This document shows, one piece after another, positions 27,449-36,994 of a stretch of DNA of 64,000 nucleotides (its first letter is position 1; each line of letters opens with the position of its first letter). Position numbers and translations under genes: made by a program. Below the pieces are notes generated by a model. It searched no databases, had not been told where the DNA came from, and was given only the letters and a program-made list of their open reading frames with translations. The stretch lies in the IMG/VR virus record IMGVR_UViG_3300021335_000004, one strand, 5' to 3'. The stretch is from a virus.

Positions 27449-27689
27449 AATGTTCTACTCCACCACCATAAGCATCAAAATCAAAGTCCAATTGCTGAGA
27501 TAATTCACTATGATAAACTACGGTAGAACTAGCCATAATTCCAGAAACCCAGTTCTCACAAGCATCTCTAATGTAATATTCAGATTTGTCTGAATAATCA
27601 ATACTTCCGATAAATTTATCGTTTTCGTAAAAAGTAACAAAATTACCTTTTAAATCAGCTATACGATTATTATTTTCATATTTTGACAT
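27366..27689 (-). CDS. hypothetical phage protein
   Basis: Start MSKY after AGGAG; DKSEYYIRDACENWV.G motif. Confidence 0.6.
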   Translation of the reverse strand: MSKYENNNRIADLKGNFVTFYENDKFIGSIDYSDKSEYYIRDACENWVSGIMASSTVVYHSELSQQLDFDFDAYGGGVEHFGKLDTDDREEVLFERRPARDTGERSG

Positions 27690-28036
27690 TTTAGCAGCTC
27701 CTGTTCCACTCCGTGGAAGACTAGGGGAAATTTCATTTCCCAAAGCGTTGCCCACAGTGTATTATTATAATAACAAAAAAACCACCTTCATGCAAGCCAA
27801 AATTTGGACGCAATGGTGGCGTGACACTAGTTGTGATTTCATCACTGTAGTTGTTAGCTTAGTGAAATATAAATTAAATGAGAAGCAACTGCACACACTT
27901 GTAAGTAAAATAAAACATTTTGTTGATGCTGTGTTATCTCATTGCGTTTTCGCCTGCGTTGTGAAACTCCGTTTCTTTTTTTTCTTCCCTAAGAGTAACA
28001 CAATTCTGACCTTCGGTCAATGATAAAATTCTAAAA

Positions 28037-28282
28037 CTAAGAATTTGCGGATTCTAGAAGGGAATGTAGTGCGACTACGCGATTCGCAGGCGAGATATCA
28101 TAAATCTGACCTAATGGCTCGTTTAATGATACATGCTTCTTGACGATTCTTTGATGCTTGCAGGGCTTGCGATAGGAAGGACAGTTACAGTAACTGCTGA
28201 TATGATAGACAGCGAGAGGTTTGCTATCCTCTCCCCAAGAAGATACTTCGTACCCAGAATTTGCGCGTCTAACTAAATACAT
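28037..28282 (-). CDS. SWIM zinc-finger protein
   Basis: CNCP…PCKH. Confidence 0.7.
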   Translation of the reverse strand: MYLVRRANSGYEVSSWGEDSKPLAVYHISSYCNCPSYRKPCKHQRIVKKHVSLNEPLGQIYDISPANRVVALHSLLESANS

Positions 28283-28294
28283 TTATTACTCCGT

Positions 28295-28390
28295 TAAGGT
28301 GAGGAGACGGAATTCTGCCAGGACTCCAGTTTTTCAAGTGATTTTGAGTTGGCGTTGAGATCCGCAGATTGTGCGTCTCCTCAATTTGTT
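28295..28390 (-). ncRNA. structured RNA unit A (ncRNA, or leader of the SWIM gene)
   Basis: Promoter TTGCTA-17-TAATAT at 28425-28397; 10-bp terminal stem TGAGGAGACG/CGTCTCCTCA. Confidence 0.55.
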
Positions 28391-28454
28391 AATTATATAT
28401 TACCAAAAATTCGAGAGACTAGCAAGTGTAATTTTGCCTAAATTTATATTTTAC

Positions 28455-28812
28455 TAAAAAGCAAAAGGGCGCAACACTAGGTTACGCCCAATTACTTCTA
28501 GAAACCTGGTTGCCCAATCTTCTAGAGTTCTCCTTTGTTGTTCGCTATCTTTCGCCCGAATCTAATTCAGCGGCTTGGCCTCACACAAGGGATAGCTTAC
28601 CTAATTTTAAATATTAAACCAGCACCCGCCCGCCGTTTAACCGTTTACACCAACACAAGTACTAGTGATATACAGGTGGATGAAGTCCGTACATCTCATG
28701 TATTGCCCCCCCATGTAAACTAACCTGAATGGGGTGTAGTCGCGAGGCCGAAACCTCCACTACGTCTCCCCCTCGCAGAAGAGCTATGAGAAGAGCGACT
28801 TCTCAATCTTTA
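28455..28812 (-). ncRNA. structured ncRNA unit B (~350 nt)
   Basis: Promoter TTGCTT-17-TAATAT at 28847-28819; several hairpins; terminator GGGCGTAAC…GTTGCGCCC-TTTT; no sense ORF in the track. Confidence 0.65.
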
Positions 28813-28854
28813 TAACTTATATTAGCATAAAAAGATACACTAAGCAAGTATAAA

Positions 28855-29597
28855 GTTAACTTATCTACTCCGACCCTTTCGTTTGTTACATAAACTACTC
28901 AATCGCAGTTAGCCTACATAGATAAGTAGTGACCACCACCAACCTCGTCAGTCACCTTTGAGGCAGCATACACGCTGTTGTTCCTCCCCGACTTACAGAT
29001 TGCTTCCTGTAACCAGAACCCCCTGATCATGCTTTACAGCCAACGGCGGGGACTAAGTAAAGTCGAAGTTCGAAAACAAGACAACTTAGTGCGTCAAAGA
29101 AGAGTTATCTAGAATAGGCTACTTCTTTGCGGAAGGTTTTTTTAAGTAGGTTATCCTTACCGAAACTACTCAGAAAGAGGAGAGCGATTAAACTAAGGTC
29201 CGTCTATGACTGGACTACCTGCTCTTTCTTATATAACTGCCTGGCGGCTCTAATTGCTCTTACCTAAGTAATCAGACCAGGACTTTTCCAGCTGCCAGAA
29301 ACTTAATTCATGTTCAGCGCTTCGAAGCGAGGTATTAACGCCCCTCTTAGAATTTCAACCCTACCCCTATAGGTAAAATCTATCTTGGCGCCTAGCTTTT
29401 TGGTTTTGACGTGAACCCAACCTAGAGGGAACGGTACAAGGAGTATTTATAGACCGCCTCCAAGTCAGGGCGGAGAGAGAAAGGATGAAGGGCGGTTCCG
29501 TCCCTTCCGTTGCATCATTAACCGAATTTATCTTGCGCAGTTCAACCTGTAAAACAACCTGATTTTGCTCGGAGGATGATCCCCTTCTCAATCTTTA
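28855..29597 (-). ncRNA. structured ncRNA unit C (~740 nt)
   Basis: Promoter TTGCTA-17-TATAAT at 29632-29604; many stems, two pseudoknots; GC-richer than the coding DNA. Confidence 0.65.
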
Positions 29598-29639
29598 TAA
29601 CTTATTATAGAATATTTTTAATCATTTAGCAAATATAAA

Positions 29640-29798
29640 ATCACGGGCGAGAGTAGTTTCTGTACTAGCGAAGAGTGTTTTTGAATAGTGCCTAGTGTCA
29701 TTACACATCATGGGCTTGTCTTGCGTTCCCTACTCGTAGCACTCGCCCCTTGACTTTACAAAAGGTTTTTTTGAAGAAGGTTATCCTTAAAACTTCTA
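29640..29798 (-). ncRNA. structured ncRNA unit D (~160 nt) starting with a pseudoknot
   Basis: Promoter TTGCTT-17-TATTAT at 29832-29804; GGGCGAG/CTCGCCC and GAGTAG/CTACTC stems. Confidence 0.65.
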
Positions 29799-29834
29799 TA
29801 AACATAATATAATAAATTTTAGCATTAAGCAATA

Positions 29835-30072
29835 AAAAAGTGGTGGGGAGAATCACGCGTCTCCCCAAGTTTTCAAATTCGAGCGCAAGCGTATACTGGA
29901 CTAGTCCACCTCTACTCAATGAAAAACTTATACGCGGTGAAAGTGTCGTTTTCACAATACGCTGTGCCTATCGTATGGCACAAGCACGATTGATTTTAGC
30001 TTAGAGCTAGGTACTAACAAACCTAACGTCGCGAGCTCAGTGAGTTGCAGCTAGATTTATCGCTCAATCAAT
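29835..30072 (-). ncRNA. structured ncRNA unit E (~240 nt)
   Basis: Promoter TTGCTT-17-TATTAT at 30107-30079; multibranch stems; 3' hairpin GGGGAGA/TCTCCCC-ACCA-C-T6. Confidence 0.65.
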
Positions 30073-30139
30073 AAATATATAATATAAGAAATTTAACGAT
30101 TAAGCAAACTAAAAATTGTTTTAAGTTTAGTATTTGGTT

Positions 30140-30844
30140 TTATTTTTCATATATAGTTAGTACCTCTTTGACAACAGGATGTCTTTCAATATCTTCATGT
30201 TTAAATTCTAAATACTTAATATAGTCTGTAGCACCATGATGAACTAAACAATCCATAAAATGAGCTAATCCGTTTTCTTCATATCCATTATCATGCTGAT
30301 CTAAATCTCCTGTAAGTATAAATTTAGAGCCTTCTCCTAACCTAGTTAGTAACATTTTTACTTGTTCACGTGTTGCGTTCTGCATTTCGTCTGCAATAAC
30401 CCAAGAGTGTTTAAAGGTACGCCCTCGCATATAAGCAAGAGGAGCAACTTCTATTTTTTCTTCTTTCATAAAGTATTCAAGTTGTTGAGGAGAAAAATAT
30501 GTTTTAAGTATATCAGTAATAGGTTTCATCCAAGGATCCATTTTTTCAAGTATATCGCCTGGTAAGTAACCATGTTCTTCATCTACTGATACTGCTGGAC
30601 GAGTTATTACTATTCGATCAAAATGTCTATCTTGAAACTCTTCTGCACCTTTAGATACTGCAAGTAGTGTTTTTCCTGTACCGCTTGGGCCTGTTGCTAT
30701 AATTATATGAGTGTGTATATCATTCATTAACCTTAAATAGTAGTTCTGTCTTTCATTTTTTGGCTCAATAGTAACTTTCTTACTTGGTCTAATTGTTGCT
30801 AAATCATTATCAACTAACTTAAATTGTGTAGTTTTTCTCGGCAT
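30140..30844 (-). CDS. phoH: PhoH-family ATPase
   Basis: GPSGTGKT, ITRPAV, GYLPG, AYMRGRTF, DEMQN, TGDLDQ. Confidence 0.95.
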   Translation of the reverse strand: MPRKTTQFKLVDNDLATIRPSKKVTIEPKNERQNYYLRLMNDIHTHIIIATGPSGTGKTLLAVSKGAEEFQDRHFDRIVITRPAVSVDEEHGYLPGDILEKMDPWMKPITDILKTYFSPQQLEYFMKEEKIEVAPLAYMRGRTFKHSWVIADEMQNATREQVKMLLTRLGEGSKFILTGDLDQHDNGYEENGLAHFMDCLVHHGATDYIKYLEFKHEDIERHPVVKEVLTIYEK

Positions 30845-30948
30845 AAATTTCTCCTTTGAGTTAAAAAAATAGAGGTCATCGAGACCTCTATCAATTACTA
30901 ATTTTAGTAATTTCTTCATATTTTTTCTATCTTTTTTTGAGGCTATAC

Positions 30949-31446
30949 TCATTCACCAGCTCTTAAATAGTTTAAAACACTAGTAGCGGTTGAAACTTCA
31001 AAAGGTTCTTCTGATGGGTTGTCTTCTTTTCCTTTCTCAATAAAAGTTTTTTCAATATTCATTCCTTTGGTAATAATAGCATATCTCCAAGAACGGTATC
31101 CATATCCTTTACTAGACTTATCTACTAACATGCCCATTTGACGAGTAAAATCTGCATTACCATCTGGTAACATTTTAATATTCTTAATGCCTAACTCTTT
31201 TGCCCATGCGTTCATTACATGAGAATCATTAACAGATAAACAAAACACATTGTCAATACCGTGTGCTTTAATATCTTCGTATAATAAATCAAATTGTGGT
31301 AAATGAGTAGAAGAACAAGTAGGTGTATACGCACCAGGAACTGCAAACAAAATATTCCTACCTATAAAGTAGTTTTCTGTAGCAGCCTCTATCCATTCTC
31401 CATTTTCTCTAATTTTGAAGATTGTGTTCGGAAGTTTAGTTATCAT
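30949..31446 (-). CDS. peroxiredoxin (Prx5-type)
   Basis: VPGAYTPTCSSTHLP, SVND..VM.AW, DGN..FT, RSWRY. Confidence 0.95.
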   Translation of the reverse strand: MITKLPNTIFKIRENGEWIEAATENYFIGRNILFAVPGAYTPTCSSTHLPQFDLLYEDIKAHGIDNVFCLSVNDSHVMNAWAKELGIKNIKMLPDGNADFTRQMGMLVDKSSKGYGYRSWRYAIITKGMNIEKTFIEKGKEDNPSEEPFEVSTATSVLNYLRAGE

Positions 31447-31589
31447 TTTCTAATTCCCCCTCCTTTCTTATTATAGTTTCTAATTGTTCAGATATATGAT
31501 CAATTGTTTCTTTTAATAGTTGTTTTTCTATTTCTAACTTTAATACTCTGTCTTTTATTGTATTAAGCTCTTCTTTCAGCGTACTCATG

Positions 31590-34466
31590 TTATCCTACTC
31601 CTGGCGATCCATAACCTAATGCTTGAGGACCTGTTGGTGATAATTCAAAAACAGAATCTACTGCATAATACCCAGAAGCAAAAGGAAATCTTTCAATCTT
31701 ATTAGTCCCGCTTGAATCAGTCATTAAATAAGCGTCATAAGCGCCTGATATAGCAGTGCCTTTAGATTGTTGAGTGTGTACATAAGGAGCCTGTGGCGCT
31801 TGAGGCCCTCTTAGTTCTCCAAACCATTGATCTCTATTTTCACCGTAGCCAACTGTTCTACTATAACTAGCCAAGGGTATAACCGAAAAACCTGTTAAAC
31901 CAGGAGTACTTGTAACAATATAACCAAGGTTACTCCAAGCGTACATTCTACCGCTTTCTGGAAAAGATCCTAAATCAGTTTTAGTGATAGAGGAAGAACC
32001 AGAAGCTCCTGCAAACCTATCAATATCATTATAATTAGTATTTCCGGCATCACTAGGATATTTAGAAGCACCTGCTATTTGATAACCATAATCCATACTA
32101 GCGCCTGAAGCTTGTTCCATTCTAGAAGTAGTTAGAGTACTAGATTCAGCAGCATTAGTTTCAGAAGGAAAGACAAACTGTTCCATAGTACTAACTGCTG
32201 CTTTTGGACCTGTGATATTACCTGTCCAACCACCTGCTACATAACCTCTATTACTAATACCTAAAGAAAATCCTCCGTGCATTGCTCTACCAGTAGTTAG
32301 TGTGTCTACTGAAGATGCTATTGTAGTACTAGGAAAAGTAAAAGAAGCAATATCGGTAGTCATCCCTTCGTTAGTAGGAGAGTTATAGTGCCCATATCCT
32401 CCTGCTGAATAAGCTTTATTAGTACTATCTGGAGATATTAACACAGCATGATTAGTAAAAGTATGAGAACTAGTAAGAGTTCCCGGATCTACAGCGACCC
32501 CACTCCCAGAGGTAAGTGGAAAGTAAGTTACCTTTCTTAAAGAAGTGTTCGAAGGCTCGTTAATACCGCCGCCGCCTATAGAACCTCCATATGCTTTATT
32601 TGATCCAGCAGAGTGATTAGGATAATAGTAACCAGGTTCTCCACTATAAGGACCTACAGGTGGGTAGCTAATCATTCTATTAAAGTAAACATCTCCAGCA
32701 CTTGGAACAGAAGCAGCATTAGCAGTGTGCTGAGTAGGTGTTGAGGTTGGTACGTATTGTGAATAAGAATAAGCTGACACAGAGGGAACATTAGTATTAA
32801 ATCTGAGATAAGCAAAACCTGGTTGAGCTTGATCTGCATAAGAACTATTTCCCATTATAGCAGCAGGGGTGTCACTAAACCCCTCATGACCTGGAAAACT
32901 TACAGGTCCTTGTCTACTACCGCTTGTATAAATTTTACCATAAGTAGCTGGAAAAACAGGAGCTTTCCAATTTCCTCCCGAACCTTTATTAACGGTTAAA
33001 GAGCCTGATCCAGGATATGCCGGTCCTGTGATAGGTACATTTCCTGGAAATCCGGATACTGTCATAGTATTAGGAAAAGTAAGAGTATATCCTACACCTC
33101 CAGCTCCTTGCATCTGTCCGAAAGTTCCGGGCCATGCTGATATAGGTCTATTATGTTCTAAATTGACACCTGCATATCCAGTACCGTCATTAGTGTGTGT
33201 AGGGGTTTTTGCATTTGTACCTGCAGGAAGTGTTCCTACATCACCACCATCTCCGGCTTGTCCTAGTTTAAGTGCTAACATAGACCTATCAGTAACTGAC
33301 ATAGCATAAGGACTTTCTGTAGGCGCAGGAGAAGCTAACTCTGGCTGAGTATCCCATCCATGACGTCTATAACCTTTTTGTAAAAAAGAAAGTTGAGACC
33401 TAGGACCGTTTGTTGCATTTGTATAAGGAGTAGAAGGTATAAATCCTACAGCATAGGGCATACCTGCATCAGCAGCATCAGCGTTTCCCTCTAGCATACC
33501 ACCTCGTTTACCTTGAAGACCTCCACCGGCTACTACGTAGTTAGTACCATTAATATTAACAGAAGTAGTACCTCCACTACCGTCTGCAGGAGCTGATCCT
33601 ATGCTAACCGAAATTGGAGTAGCAGGTGTAACAGGTATAGAGACAGGATAATAACCATGAGCGCCTGCTCCTCCCCCTCCAGCCCCTGCCATGTCTGTTT
33701 GATAAGTATAATGAGGTACCCACCACAACCCTCCATCATAACTAGTCGGGGCTTCAGTAGCTCCAGGACCATCTCCACCAGTATAAAGATAAGGGCCTGT
33801 GCTACCCCCAGCACCGATTGCAGTCCAAATTTGTACTGTAGATACTCCTTCTCCTACTAAATCACCTACTGTAGACCCTAAAGGAGCAGAAGGAGCGTCA
33901 AAAGCCATATCAACAACACCTGCTTTTTTATAAGCAGTAGAAGTATTTTCACTAGGAGACCCTGTTCCAGCATTATTAATGCCACGAATAACAAACTCAT
34001 GAAGAAGTCCTTGGGGTGTTGTAGCATTAGGAATTTTTAGAGTAATAGGAGAGGATGTAATAGGAGTTCCGTTTTCATCAGTACTAACATACGTATATGC
34101 TCCTCCTGCGGGAGCAGGTCTATATCCTATTTCCCAACTATTAGCAGTTTCTCCATTAGTGCTTTCTGTCCACGAAACATCAAACCCAAAAAAAGTATCT
34201 TCAGAAGTAGTAGCCGTAATAGTGGGAGCAGGATGAACAGTAGCTTGAATATTATGAAGTTCATCTAAAGAAATAGCAGTTCCTGGAGTAGAAGGTATCG
34301 AAGATGTTACAAAGGGATCGCTAGAAGTGCCATACCCATACTTCTCCCCCGGTGCAAGAACATTTCCAACACGATAGTCGTCTAACGATCCAGGGGCTGT
34401 TCTAAGGGGAGAGTATAAATCCTTAAGGTTTTGAAGGGAGATTGGTCCTGAAGTTGGAGTTCCCAT
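31590..34466 (-). CDS. large tail-tip/adhesin protein (Fn3-like, Gly-rich and Kelch-like domains)
   Basis: N-terminal PTSGPISL as in fibre-tip adhesins; Gly-rich GAGGGGAG; C-terminal IERFPFAS repeats. Confidence 0.7.
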   Translation of the reverse strand: MGTPTSGPISLQNLKDLYSPLRTAPGSLDDYRVGNVLAPGEKYGYGTSSDPFVTSSIPSTPGTAISLDELHNIQATVHPAPTITATTSEDTFFGFDVSWTESTNGETANSWEIGYRPAPAGGAYTYVSTDENGTPITSSPITLKIPNATTPQGLLHEFVIRGINNAGTGSPSENTSTAYKKAGVVDMAFDAPSAPLGSTVGDLVGEGVSTVQIWTAIGAGGSTGPYLYTGGDGPGATEAPTSYDGGLWWVPHYTYQTDMAGAGGGGAGAHGYYPVSIPVTPATPISVSIGSAPADGSGGTTSVNINGTNYVVAGGGLQGKRGGMLEGNADAADAGMPYAVGFIPSTPYTNATNGPRSQLSFLQKGYRRHGWDTQPELASPAPTESPYAMSVTDRSMLALKLGQAGDGGDVGTLPAGTNAKTPTHTNDGTGYAGVNLEHNRPISAWPGTFGQMQGAGGVGYTLTFPNTMTVSGFPGNVPITGPAYPGSGSLTVNKGSGGNWKAPVFPATYGKIYTSGSRQGPVSFPGHEGFSDTPAAIMGNSSYADQAQPGFAYLRFNTNVPSVSAYSYSQYVPTSTPTQHTANAASVPSAGDVYFNRMISYPPVGPYSGEPGYYYPNHSAGSNKAYGGSIGGGGINEPSNTSLRKVTYFPLTSGSGVAVDPGTLTSSHTFTNHAVLISPDSTNKAYSAGGYGHYNSPTNEGMTTDIASFTFPSTTIASSVDTLTTGRAMHGGFSLGISNRGYVAGGWTGNITGPKAAVSTMEQFVFPSETNAAESSTLTTSRMEQASGASMDYGYQIAGASKYPSDAGNTNYNDIDRFAGASGSSSITKTDLGSFPESGRMYAWSNLGYIVTSTPGLTGFSVIPLASYSRTVGYGENRDQWFGELRGPQAPQAPYVHTQQSKGTAISGAYDAYLMTDSSGTNKIERFPFASGYYAVDSVFELSPTGPQALGYGSPGVG

Positions 34467-36904
34467 TATTTTTCCTCAATTTTTGCTTTTAATTCTTTAA
34501 TAGCTTGAATGAGAAGAGGTACAACTCTACTATAATCAACAGCTAAATAACCATCTTCTCTAGTTTTTACTGCTTCTGGTAGTATTTCTTGAAGACTTTG
34601 TGCAATTACTCCCACATCGTGACCCTCTAAATGCTTGTAATTAAGGCCGGCCTCCCTTGCGTTCCAATCAAACTCAACTCCGGTAATAGAATCTACTTTA
34701 TCTAATGCGGAAACAATTGGGGTTATATTTTTCTTTAAACGAGAATCAGAAGTATTAAATGCTTCGACATCTCCACCTGCGTGAATAGCTCCTTCGACTC
34801 CTAAACCACCTGCTGTAATGATAAGAGCACCTGTATCTTTTGAAGTTGATGCGGTAGCATTTGTTACAGAAAGTGAGTCGGACTCGAGAGTAGTAAAGTT
34901 ACCTGTACCGGGTGTTGTAGCTCCTACATTAGTTCCATCAATAGCGCCTCCATCAATATTTACTGTATTTATAGTAACTGTTGTACCATTAAAGGTAAAG
35001 GTAGAGGCGTCTTGCAATTCTCCACTAGCACCAGCATAAATAACTCTGCCAGAAGTTAAATCAGCCACATTAGCAGAAGCTACTTTTAGCTGTGTTCCTT
35101 GTTTAAGATGAACATTACCAGAACCGTTAGGAGATAAAATTATATCACCATTAGTGTCAGTAGAACTTATAGTTCTTCCATTAAGTTGTAACTGATCAAC
35201 TAAAATATTAGTAGCAACTGAGTTCGTACCAATAGTGACGTCATCTATAGATCCACCATTAATATCAACAGACTGAGCGGTAAGAGTAGTACCATTAAAT
35301 GTCAAGTCTGCATCAGTAACTATTTGACCACTTGTTCCTGTGTATAAAACTCGATTTATAGTTTGTCCTGTTACATAAACATTTGGAGATATTAAATCTC
35401 TTTGAGGACGAACATCTCTTGCGTATACGTCTTGATAACCAGTAACTGTAAGAGAACCTGCTGTTGTACCGTCATCAGTAGTACTAAAAGCAGACCAACC
35501 ATCGTTTGCTTCATCCCAAACCCAAGCCATATTGTCCACAGAAGGACGGTACACTAATAGTCCAGCATCATAAGAAGCAGGAGCAGCCTGATTATTAGCA
35601 ACAACAATTAAAGGATCTTGTACTAAAAGGTTAGTAGCATCAGAAGTAAATGTTGAGCCTTGAACTACAAAATTACCTTCTACAAGCACATCTTGTTCAA
35701 AAGTTTTATCAACAGTAAACTTTTGAGAACCAGAATGGATAGCAGTTACATTATCTTGTACTGTATTAATATTAGAAGTTAAATCGGCGTGTAATCCCTG
35801 TACCGCTGTGTTAGTTGTTGTAGCAAAATAATGAAGGTTGCCTTGTACCAAATTAACATTACTAGAAATACTAGTATGAACAGAGCTAAATCTAGTATTA
35901 GAGTAAGCACCTAATGCATGAACATTTCCTTGAACAGTATCAATACGAGAATTAGAATAAGAACCTGTTATATGTAAATTACTTTGAACAGTATTTATGT
36001 CAGTATTAGCGCTATCAACCCCAAATATTAAAGAATTTATTGAAGTATTTGTAGTAGAGGCATAGTGATGTAAATTCGTTTGTACACGACCGGCGGCAAT
36101 ATCTTGTGTAAGAGTGGCACCGATAATAACTAGATTACCGTTAATTCTTAAATTACCGTTAATCTGCATCTGTGTATCAGGTACAATACCGCCTTCACCG
36201 ACAATTATTTGATCACCTATCTCATCGTTAGCGACATATCTAAATCCATTATCTCCAAAGGTTACTGATTCATATATTGATAAAGTATTGGCTCCTCTAA
36301 TAGCTCCATACATTGTAATATTTCTAATTTGATGATGAGTACCACCTACATCCATAAAACTTCTTAATACTAGATCACCACCAGCTACATCATTATCAAC
36401 TTCATAAATACCAAAATTACGACTAGGAAGAATGGAAGAATTAGCAGTCAATAACTCATTATATTTATAACCATCACTAAAAAATGCCTTACTATGAGCG
36501 TGATCTACTGCAAAGTATCCATTGTAAGTTATAGGAGAAGGAAATTTAACATTACTTTCATAAGCAGTTTTAAAAATAACTCTTGCAGTAGTAACAAAAG
36601 CATTACCATTTTCTGTTGTGAATGTTAGTCCTCCTGATTCAATAGAAGCATTGTTTAAGACAGCATTATCTATTACAGGAAATCCATTAATACGAGTACC
36701 TTGTGACATATGTAAATTAGAATTTACTACAGAAGGCGTGCCTGGGCTATCATTCAAGGTTAACCCTTGCATGGTTACAGTAGTAATATTAACATTATCT
36801 AAGGAAGTTTGTACTGTAGAATCACTAATACCTAAATTATCAATTGCTCCACTTATATTATTGGAGCCAGTACCGCCAAGGGAGACTGGGACTATAGTTG
36901 CCAT
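34466..36904 (-). CDS. tail fibre with C-terminal intramolecular chaperone (peptidase S74)
   Basis: SDSRLKKNI…GVIAQ…LPEAV…VDY..VVPLLIQAIKEL. Confidence 0.9.
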   Translation of the reverse strand: MATIVPVSLGGTGSNNISGAIDNLGISDSTVQTSLDNVNITTVTMQGLTLNDSPGTPSVVNSNLHMSQGTRINGFPVIDNAVLNNASIESGGLTFTTENGNAFVTTARVIFKTAYESNVKFPSPITYNGYFAVDHAHSKAFFSDGYKYNELLTANSSILPSRNFGIYEVDNDVAGGDLVLRSFMDVGGTHHQIRNITMYGAIRGANTLSIYESVTFGDNGFRYVANDEIGDQIIVGEGGIVPDTQMQINGNLRINGNLVIIGATLTQDIAAGRVQTNLHHYASTTNTSINSLIFGVDSANTDINTVQSNLHITGSYSNSRIDTVQGNVHALGAYSNTRFSSVHTSISSNVNLVQGNLHYFATTTNTAVQGLHADLTSNINTVQDNVTAIHSGSQKFTVDKTFEQDVLVEGNFVVQGSTFTSDATNLLVQDPLIVVANNQAAPASYDAGLLVYRPSVDNMAWVWDEANDGWSAFSTTDDGTTAGSLTVTGYQDVYARDVRPQRDLISPNVYVTGQTINRVLYTGTSGQIVTDADLTFNGTTLTAQSVDINGGSIDDVTIGTNSVATNILVDQLQLNGRTISSTDTNGDIILSPNGSGNVHLKQGTQLKVASANVADLTSGRVIYAGASGELQDASTFTFNGTTVTINTVNIDGGAIDGTNVGATTPGTGNFTTLESDSLSVTNATASTSKDTGALIITAGGLGVEGAIHAGGDVEAFNTSDSRLKKNITPIVSALDKVDSITGVEFDWNAREAGLNYKHLEGHDVGVIAQSLQEILPEAVKTREDGYLAVDYSRVVPLLIQAIKELKAKIEEK

Positions 36905-36994
36905 TTATACCTCTCAAAAAAAATTCTTGTATGTTGATATGATACAAGAATTAATTTAGTTTGGCAATTGGTATTTTTGTTACTTTAGCTTTTA

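Noticed and set aside
29270-29295. RNase P RNA (GGAAAAGTCC resembles the GAGGAAAGUCC P4 strand)
   Set aside because: I could not find the matching 3' P4 strand or an enclosing P1; left to an Rfam scan.
28535-29955. ORFs 28535-28723, 29367-29591 and 29701-29955
   Set aside because: No RBS, non-ATG starts, and they cross promoters, terminators or RNA stems.
29835-30072. tmRNA (GGGG…CCACCA end)
   Set aside because: No G3:U70, no T-loop and no recognisable tag reading frame.
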